Source: Elsinoe ampelina (Eukaryota). From it: 64,000 bases of DNA. Positions 55,137 through 64,000 of this stretch are shown piece after piece. The stretch's first letter is position 1. Every line of letters starts with the position of its first letter. The position numbers and the translations under genes were made by a program. Location of the stretch: positions 891,850 to 955,849 of the forward strand of contig ML992509.1 in the NCBI GenBank assembly GCA_010093995.1. The letters are read 5' to 3'. Under the pieces are notes generated by a model. It was not told the origin of the DNA. It did not search any database and was given only the letters and a program-made list of their open reading frames with translations.

Positions 55137-56633
55137 GTCCTTTCACAACGACTGACTGAAGACGGTAAGGCCAGACAACAAAAGAATGTTTTGTCTCTGA
55201 TACGGATATGACCGGATATAGTATAGCGTTTGGTTGAGGTTGGCCAAGAAAAGGGACAAAGTAGATGGGAATGGTCGGAAACAAAGAATGGTGGTGTTGG
55301 AGACTGGTGTCGGCTGTGGTCAATGGATGGGAATAATGGTATAGACTGTAGGAATGAAGGAGGAAATGAAAGAGATCGATATGTCTGATCAAGGATAGCA
55401 AAAATGTGTCTCGTTGAGCAACTCGTGCTGTGGTTGCCTCCCGAGAAAAATTGGGACGTAGACAGGCCCTGACGCGGACACTGCGGAAAAAAGAGTTTTA
55501 CTACTGTGAGCAATACGGTGTGGATTACTATCAGGAAACGCGTGGATACTTATCGTAATGTTCGTCTCTATCATTAGCAGGTATGACGACCTTCACATGC
55601 TGCGACGAAATGTGGTGGGATTCTTCGGAGTCGACGTCGGCGCACCAGGCCCTGACCAGAGATCCAGAAGATAGTCTATCCATTCAGGAACAAAGGAGAA
55701 AGCTTCCGGTGGAGCCTGTTGCCGTCAGACTTCCAAACATGTCTGCCGTCGGTCGAGGGTCGTCGACCGTGATGGTGTGATTGGACGTAATGGATGGGAA
55801 ACGGCCAAAGGGACCGTCGAGGCGAAGACCAGGTGGCCAAGAAAGGAGAGACATTTCGACTAGAGTTTTCCGGTCGGCAACAACCGACCCACCACGGATC
55901 CACGTGTGCTATCTATGGCACATTTTGGGTGCCGATGGTGGGTAAACAGCGGATAGCCCTGATATCAACGTTGCAAGACAAGGAGAGTGGGCATGTCGCC
56001 AAAGTTTGCACGGATGGATTTCGAAGCAGTTGCGGCTCGGTGATGCCTATCAAGGACAACCATGTCAACAACCACGTGCACCGTAGTGTTTTATCAACGC
56101 TTGGTCGAGACACATGTGCAAGAGTGAAGTCTGAGCTTCTACACCCTGACTGTAGTCAAAAGACACTCGACCATTCCAGCCATGTGTGCTGCAAAGCATA
56201 TACAGCACCATCAACGCCTTTTATTTCCGAACGTTGCATGGCCCGCTTGCATTCCAAAGACCGCATGCCTCACTGTCTATCACTAACGCTTATATACCCC
56301 ATTCCGACATTCAACATGTCCAGCGTGCGATGGTCTTCTTTCGCCCTCTGTGTGGATCTGTTGGGTTGGGCACCGACAGCTGATCCGAGCTGTGCAGCTC
56401 TGATAAGGGACGCCGGTCTGGTAGGTCTGCGAACATGTGGTGCTCCTGAAAGGGTCGTGCTCTGGTAGGACTTGACATCCATGTTCAAGGAGCCCCCCGT
56501 CGCAGGACTTGCAGTCCTAGCTGTGCTGATTGTGGGTGGCTACTGTCCATGGAGATGGCTTGATCGCGTCTGCGGCATAGCTGTTGTCGTTGATGCTGGA
56601 CAGTAGCCCAAAGCATCAAGTTGCGAATCGTCA

Positions 56634-57083
56634 TCATCCTCCTGTCACAGTCTCTCCCCTCAATCCTTCCTCAACACCTTGGACCTTCTCCAGTCCCTCC
56701 AGCCCCTTTTCGTGGATCACGTCGACGTCCAATTCCTCCATGACCTGCAGGACCACACCCATAGACTCAAAGAACCCGTTGACCGCCACTCGAAGCATTC
56801 GATTGGTAGTCGCAGCGTAATCCGTCTTCAGTACCGTCTTCTCATCACTCGATGAGCCCTCAGCTGACACCAACGAAAAAGCTCGCCTGACCAGCGGCGA
56901 TAGTTCCTGATCCACCTGCAACGACCTGAGAGCAGCAGACGCCAGCCTCTCCGTTGGCAACGGAATCAACACTGATCTAATGGTCGGTCAATATTTGCCG
57001 ACAGAGAGCACCAAGTACGGATCGACCTACAGCTTACACGGAAACTCATCGTCACGCCCGCTGGATTTTTCTGAGTCTGGCAT
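56634..57083 (-). CDS. PCC1: EKC/KEOPS complex subunit Pcc1
   Basis: Spliced EFPCKL|SVLIPLPTERLASAALRSLQVDQELSPLVRR...YAATTNRMLRVAVNGFFES. Intron ~57030-56978. Confidence 0.85.
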
Positions 57084-57453
57084 AGTGCACGTCTCAGCCC
57101 AGCGCGTGACAGTCTGAGCCAAATGTCGTTTGCGCTTCACCTGCACGCAAATACACGATCCTTGTTCTGCCACCCCGCACACCGCTTTCCGCACCCGGTC
57201 GATCTCAGATCCCCCCAAATCGCTGCTTCCGTGACGTCAAAAGCTGCACATCGCGCTTCTGAGCGAACAACGACGTGCCCCATGCTCAGATCCTTCAAGA
57301 AGACGAACATGGCACGTCTTCGGATTCATCTCACGGCCATTTCTTCATCACCACGTCTATAATCATCACCACCACTCTCCCCACCACCACACAATCACCG
57401 CCATCACGCCCTCCCCATCTCCGACTCCCGTTTCCCACTCCACCACCACCACC

Positions 57454-57871
57454 ATGTCCTCCCCCTCGGAATTCCTCACCTTCTACCGCCGCATGGCCGC
57501 CCCTTCAGCCCTCAAGCGGGCCCGCGTCCTCCCCCGCCCTTCCCTCCCAGCCCGAGCAATAACCTACACCGCGACGCGCAGCGACATCGGCCACGACAAG
57601 AAACACACGACCGACAAGAAAGACAGGCTGGACGTGCAGAGCAACAACTCATTCGCAGCGAGAGAGTAAGTCCCGCCCGCCCGCTCACTCCCCATACCCG
57701 CACCTCCTGACGCGGTCCCCCAGTGCCAAAGCTAAGAACGAGGGCGGCGCCGCGACGCAGCAGAAAGACGAGCGGGGCGGGAAGCAGATGGCCAAGGACG
57801 AGAACCCGGAGATGCCCGATGGGGTAGCGGCGATTGGGTTCCAGGATGAGAGGGGGGCGAAGCCGAAATGA
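57454..57871 (+). CDS. small conserved-looking fungal protein, probably mitochondrial
   Basis: Arg/Ala-rich presequence-like N-terminus; intron 57666-57723; ends ..PEMP..AIGFQDERGAKPK*. Confidence 0.7.
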
Positions 57872-58159
57872 GTGTGACGCGGAAGCAGATATACATATAT
57901 ACGACAGAGAAGGATAACCAGTATCAATAACTACTATCATGGGGTCAAGGATTGTATATTAACGGGAGACTAAAAAGCTGGACAAGTAATCTGGCGGAAG
58001 AAAATGAGATATGATGTATGATCCACTTCATCCTGTTGACGAACTGCACGTGAAATGATGGTCGTGATGGTGATGGTGAATGTCAACGTCGCTTTGATTG
58101 ATGATGAAAGGAGAATCTATCGCTGATCTACTCCTACCCTCCTCGCGCCACTGCTTCCT

Positions 58160-60537
58160 TCACGACGACCTCCTGCTCTCCCCAACAGGCACCCCTCCCA
58201 CCCCCTTGACCCCCTCCGGCACCCCTCCCGCCCCCTGGCCCGGCGACGGTATCCCCAGCACATCCTTCGTCTCCGGCACGATGGTCGGCACCTCAGGATC
58301 CCCCCTCAACTTCTTCTCCCCCAACTTCTCCCCTCGCACCACCTTCTCCATCTCCAACCTGTCCAGCGTCTCGTACTCCACCAACGCAGCGGCAAGCAGG
58401 TCCAGCTTCTTCCGGTTCTCGGTCAGAAGCTTCTTCGCGCGTTCGTACGACTCGTCGATCATGCGGCGCACCTCATCCTCGATTTTCTGTTTCGTCTCCG
58501 AGGACAGCCGGGAGTAATCCGACGACAAGTCAATGTTGCCGAGCGAGCTGGACATGCCGGCGCGCGTCACCATCATGTAGGCGATTTGCGTCGCGCCTTG
58601 GATGTCCGACGACGCCCCGGTTGTGACGTTCTCGGCGCCGTAGACGAGTTCTTCCGCGACCTTGCCGCCCATGTACACGTCGAGGCGGTCTTGGAGTTGT
58701 TTCTTTGATTCGGACACCTTGTCGAGTTCAGGAAGTTGGAAGGTGATGCCGAGGGCGTGGCCGCGGGGCATGCTGGTCGGGTTAGTGAAAGTAAAGAGGA
58801 ATGTATTAGAGAAACTCACATGGTTGCTTTGTAGAGCGGGTCGGCGTCTTTGCTCAACATTGCTACGAGCGCGTGGCCACCTTCATGGAACGCGGTCATG
58901 ATCTTGTCCTTTTCTTGAATCACCATGCTGCGCTTCTCAGCACCCATGAGGATCTTGTCTTTGGCCCACTCCATATCGTTCATGGTCACTCGTTTCGCCT
59001 TGAGCTTGCTGGCTCTTACGGCGGCTTGGTTGACAATGTTCTCGAGTTGTGCGCCGCTGAAGCCAGGGGTACCACGTGCCAGTGTCTCAGGGTCGACCTC
59101 TGGGTCAAACTTGATGTTCTTCATGTGATGCTTGAGGATAGCCATACGGCCGCGGACGTCAGGGAGGGAGACCGCGACATTTCTGTCAAAGCGTCCAGGA
59201 CGAGTGAGAGCCTTATCAAGAGATTCCGGAAAGTTGGTTGCACCAATAATGATGACACCGGTATCCTGCTCGAATCCATCAAGTTCTGTCAAAAGCTGAT
59301 TGAGAGTCTGCTTGGCGTATGCTGCATCGCGCTCGTGTCGCTTTGATCCTATCGCGTCGAGTTCGTCGATGAAGATGATTGCAGGGGCCTTGCCACGAGC
59401 GGCGTTGAAGAGGTCCCGAACACGCTTAGCACCGACACCGACGTAGACTTCGTCGAACTCGGATCCAGACATGTAGAAGAAGGGTACCCCAGCTTCGCCT
59501 GCTACTGCTCGAGCGAGCAATGTCTTTCCAGTACCGGGTGGACCAACGAGCAGAACACCTTTGGGAAGCTTGCCACCGAGAGTCGAGAACTTGTCAGGGG
59601 ACTTCAGGAATTCAACAAGCTCTTGCAGTTCCTCCTTGGCCTCGTCGCATCCGTGAACGTCGGAGAATCTTGTCTTCTGAATTTCGGGCTTCGCCTCGGC
59701 ATGCGTCGATTGACCGACCTTCTTGATCGCACCAGTGGCATCGACCGCGAGAGTAATAGCAACCAGAGAGATGTAGACGATGAAGCTGAATCCAGCCAAG
59801 AACTTGAACCACTTGAAGATTGTGCTTCCAAGCGACTCATCCACCACGACGTAGAGAGGCTCCTTCTTCTGTCCTGACCCTTGCCGAGCCGTGATTGAGA
59901 TATTCGAGCCCTGTGTCCGCGCCGCCACTGCCTGTCCGACTGCCTGCATCTGGTCGTTCGACATGTTGCCAGGATTTCTGTTCTGACCCATACCCAACCC
60001 GGAGCTCGCACCGAGTCCAGCACCGCCACTCTCGGCGGCGCCAACGCGGTCCAAAGCCCGTAGATACATTTGGTCGCAAGCTGGGTTGGTTGCGTATCTG
60101 CCTGACTGGTACCTCTCCACCAGGATCTCAGGCATCCCAGCTCTTAAAAGCGCGGAGTAGAAGGCATTTTGAGCAGTAGCGCTCTGCGGATTGTTATTTG
60201 CCGTCGCCTCCATATGCGCCAACAGATTTTGCGAAGTGTTTCCTCCGAACAGAGTCCTTCGCTGCTCCGCTATCGAGCTCGAGAGAGCAGTCCTGCTTCT
60301 CGAAAGCGGTGACGTTTGTCGCTGCCATATCGAGGTCCTCGACTGCTGATATATCGTATTACGTAGCGCAGAAGTGCTCGTGCTATGCGGACCATGCGCT
60401 TGCCGTGACTCGGTATGTAAGCTTCTGCGGCATTCTTGAATCTGGCGGCGCAGCCGGGTGGAAGGGTTTGCAAACGTGCGTGTTTGTGTACCAGACGCTC
60501 GAAGGGCGGAGAGGACGGAGTGGCCGAGTTCAGCCAT
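58160..60537 (-). CDS. YME1: mitochondrial i-AAA protease (FtsH family)
   Basis: [51 protein letters not shown]. Intron 58820-58773. Confidence 0.95.
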
Positions 60538-61022
60538 ATTGGCGCTGTCGTCTGATGGGTCGAGGTAAATCGAAGGTCAAGCGGCAGACTGTGGCGGTAT
60601 GGCGAGGCCGGAGAATAGGCGTTGCCGCCGGGATGATGCAGAGACCGCGCTCAGGTAAAGGCGAAAGGGTGAATGTTATACAAATAAGGAAAGCCTGAAG
60701 TGAATGAAGCCCATTCAATGCATTTCGCTATTGCAAGGAAAGGATGGTGTTTGTGTGACAGACCAAAGGCTTCGAATCATCTGCAAGGACAGATTGGACC
60801 CTCTTGATCGGATCATCAATGACGACTCACGGGAATTCCCGAGATGTCGCCGAAAGGGAAGGTTCCAGACGTTCTCGTTTATCCATTTCACGTTTACTGA
60901 CACACAGGAATGAAGATTCACCTTGTACAGGCTGCTTTACGAAGCTATTTCCTTTGACGAAGTCTCTGCTTGTCCTGACCCTGTCCGCCGAAAACCCGAA
61001 ATCTCTGAACCTCAGAGCTATG

Positions 61023-63169
61023 CTAGCGCCTATCGTGTCGTCGACCTTTCCTGTTCTTGCTCGGATCGCAGTCTTCGCAGTACCATTTGACTGTTCACAT
61101 TAGCACCCTTCAAGAATTGCGAACGTACAAGAGAACTTACCATCATCATCCGGCACCTCCTTCAGACCTGTACACTCCAGGTGGAACCACTCATACTTGC
61201 AGTTCGACCCTTCGCAACCGATCATTGTCCCGTAACTCCCACGTCCACAATAGCAGTACTTGGGCTCGTCGGGGTCATCCGGATCCCGCTCCTCGTCTTC
61301 CTCCTCGGGTTCCAATTCAGGAACTTCCTCCTCCCTGACCTCCTCCTCAGGGCTGCGATTTCTACTTTCCTGCCTTCTACTCGCCCTGCCTTGCCTTTTC
61401 GGTCTCGGCTCAGCTTTCTCTTCGCTGGCGGAGCTATCATCATTACTCTCCCCCAACTCCCTCCTGCCCATCTTGGGTGACTTGTTGAAGCTTGCGATCT
61501 GCTTGAGGATATGCTGGTTACTACCCGCCCTGCTATGCGATCTCTCGCCGTTGCGCGCAAAATTCTTCTGTGCATGGTTGGAGGGTTCGGAGTTACGTAC
61601 ACCATTGCTTCTGGTCCTGGTCATGAGCACGGAATCGGCTTCCGTGCCGACCGCCGTCCCTGGTCTGGCGTCTGACTCTGATGGGGCGCGCCTCCTATCA
61701 TTAGTAGGTTCTAGCACAGGCGTGGCGGCTTCGTCCGCATCTGGCATCGCTGTATCGCGACTGTCCTCGATGCTTTCGACTGCCGCTAACTTGGTGTCGC
61801 CGTTTCTCTTTTCACCATTGATCTTCTTGTCTCCATTCGTAGGTGGGCTGACTTTATCGGCCAGTGTAGTATGCTGCAGCGTGGAGGATCCCTGGCGCAT
61901 GCGCGAGTCTGGTCGTCGGGCACTCCCATCCCCGGGAAACGCGAAATTGGCCATCGTCGGTGACGCAGCCGCCATTCTCGGCGACTGGGCTGGTGATCCT
62001 GCGCTGGCTTTGACTTTCTTTGCCAGTGGTGGCACAGGTGGTTTCGACTTCTTTTTCGCAGGCTCCGTAGCTGGAGTCGCTCGCAATGTAGCAGCTGCCG
62101 CTTTCGCTGCCTTTCCAGTTGTGCTCGCCGTCCTCTCCATCCCCGTACCACCTACAGTCTTCTCGACCTTTCGCTTCTTTTGGGGCTGTACGCTTGCCGC
62201 GGGTCCAGCTGTTGCCTTCGTATCATTGCTGGGATCTACGACCTTCTTCTTGTGTGACTTCTTCGGAGCGGCTCTCTCCTCGAACTCGGAATCGACATGC
62301 TGAGCGCGAGACTTCTTAGTCTTCTCTCTGCCCTCATTTCGAGCTGCTGCAACCTCGCCCTCATGAATGGCTGCCGCCGCCGCTGCCAAGTGACTTGTCG
62401 CTGCAACATCTCTCCTTGCTCTTTCCGGCACTGGCGGTGCCTTCTTCTTGTTGTCGGCGTAAGCCCAGTGAGTTGTGTTACCGAGCCGAGCTTCTTCATG
62501 GATCTCCGACTCAACGTGAGGCAGCACCCTGTCCATTCTCGAAATCTGTCGGTCGAGAGTCCTGTTTGCTTCTGCGAGACAGACGTTTCGCTCGTCCAAG
62601 TTCGCCAGAATCTGTCCGATAGTCATTCTGAGATTGAAGAATTCCTGCCTCCTCTGCAGATCTGCTTGTTGCTCTGCTTGAGTAGGCTGTGCAGCTTGTG
62701 CCGCGGCCTCTGCGACTGAAGGTGGCATGAAACCAGGCAAGCCGCCGTTGACGACAGACACGTTCGCGCTGTTCGCTGCACTGCTGTTTGCTGCAGTGAA
62801 GGATAGCAGTGACTGATGTGACGGCTGATGCGACCTCCTCGGCGGTGTTGGTAGCGACTCGATGCGCTTCACCAGCTTGACCATATCCTGCGTGGGCCCG
62901 TGTATCTTCGCCTCCACCTCTTTCATAAGCGTAAAGTGTCGCATGACTTCTTTCGGCAGCGCGGCGACAGCGTCGGTGAAGTGCTGGATCGCAGGGTAAA
63001 AACCTGGGGGGCTGTCATCCTGAGTCTCCTCGGCGCCGCCGATGGACCCAAAAGGACGGGCGTAGTAATTCGTCGGACGGCTGATGCTGGTGCGTATTTG
63101 ACGGCCTGATGAACGACGATTCTGGTCTTGAGTATTTTGCGTCTTGCGCACCGCCGATGTGGGAGGCAT
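61023..63169 (-). CDS. ING-family PHD-finger chromatin protein (Pho23/Yng-like)
   Basis: N-terminal ING domain (FTDAVAALPKEVMRHFTLMKEVEAK). PHD EPKYCYC...SYGTMIGCE...C.YEWFHLEC, completed after intron ~61140-61091 by KWYCEDC. Confidence 0.9.
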
Positions 63170-63621
63170 CGTGCCCCCTCGCTCGCTGTGGACGACGCAG
63201 AGATCAGGAATGGAGCAGGTGTCTGTCGCTGCACGGCTAGAGAAATATCACGTCGTGAAGAGTAATGTTGAGGGCCCAAATTGCTGCGTTTGTCGCATCA
63301 TGTAGAGACTGTGGTGGGGGTGCAGGTGCTGGGGACGGATCGACGAAATGACAGGGTTACAACGCATGAGATGCTGGAGAACCTTGAGAGCTCTTCGGCG
63401 ATTCATTGCGCGCGTCGGCTAAATGCCAAGGCCGCTCCAATGACGTGCATCAGATGCAAACAGTTCAAACACATCTTCACACAAAAATCATGGTAATATC
63501 TGTTGGCGAGGAATGCACTGTATTCGTGAACATTGACACTGCGTTCGTGCCATACTATGTACAAAGATTATTACTCCTGCCTTTCACTGTCGTGACGTCG
63601 TAATTCGTTGCATTATGGGTA

Positions 63622-64000
63622 TCATCTTCCTAATCTCCTACGCCTTTCTGCTTGAGCTTGTTGTACTACGCTGGTGGCGCTCTCCAAGTTCGTCGTTGAT
63701 ACCTGCCGAGAGGATGCTAGGCTTGAGTGGTTGCTCGTTGACATTGTGCGTCCCACGACCGAGCCAGACCGATTCTGCATGACCAATGCTGGAGTCGTCG
63801 GCCGTCTGTAAGGAGCCCTGTACTCGCTGTCTGTGGTTTCATTGATAGTGGTCGATGAGCTGACACTGCTGTCGAAAGACATGTTTCTAGTCGACCTCGA
63901 CGCCATACTAGCACCGTCTTCTATCGTCGGTAGAACACCGTTCTCGATTGGACGAGAATTTGAAGAAGGGCTGAACTCGTGAGGGTTCTCGCCCTCCTGC
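63622..64000 (-). CDS. 3' end of an unidentified gene (Ser/Thr-rich), truncated by the window edge
   Basis: The frame is open from the window end to the stop at 63622. Confidence 0.55.
   Translation of the reverse strand, partial: QEGENPHEFSPSSNSRPIENGVLPTIEDGASMASRSTRNMSFDSSVSSSTTINETTDSEYRAPYRRPTTPALVMQNRSGSVVGRTMSTSNHSSLASSRQVSTTNLESATSVVQQAQAERRRRLGR

Noticed and set aside
55583..56488. 224-aa ORF 55794-56468 and neighbours upstream of PRM10
   Set aside because: Atypical composition and no motifs; most likely promoter or UTR sequence.
1..64000. CRISPR arrays, tRNA genes, telomeric repeats
   Set aside because: None recognised by eye. The sequence is eukaryotic, and intron-containing tRNAs could have been missed without tRNAscan-SE.

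Overview
Gene-dense region of a filamentous ascomycete genome (short GT-AG introns, RIP damage; Dothideomycete-like by inference). Positions 1-~1350 are a heavily RIP-mutated relic that can be read back as the 5' end (LTR, primer-binding site, gag) of a Ty1/copia retrotransposon. About 30 protein-coding loci follow. Most are housekeeping or regulatory: TFIP11/Spp382, peroxisomal enoyl-CoA isomerase, PTH11-like receptor, FacB/Acu-15, MCU, RNase T2, GT1 sterol glucosyltransferase-like, Stn1, C2H2+Zn2Cys6 TF, deaminase, DnaJ, FMO/BVMO, methyltransferase, NmrA, MPG1, NAD kinase, Prm10, Pcc1, Yme1 and an ING/PHD protein. The most striking feature is a tandem array (12.6-18.9 kb) of five highly diverged paralogs encoding BTB/POZ + helical region + C-terminal CxxC..CPxC zinc-ribbon proteins. 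All five share a 127-nt exon 2; three look intact, one is a multi-lesion pseudogene and one has a frameshifted zinc ribbon. Two full-length, divergent 5S rRNA genes in direct orientation bracket a 4.5-kb accessory segment containing an orphan membrane protein gene and a pseudogene with RIP-type stops. All calls are from manual reading; no database searches were run.
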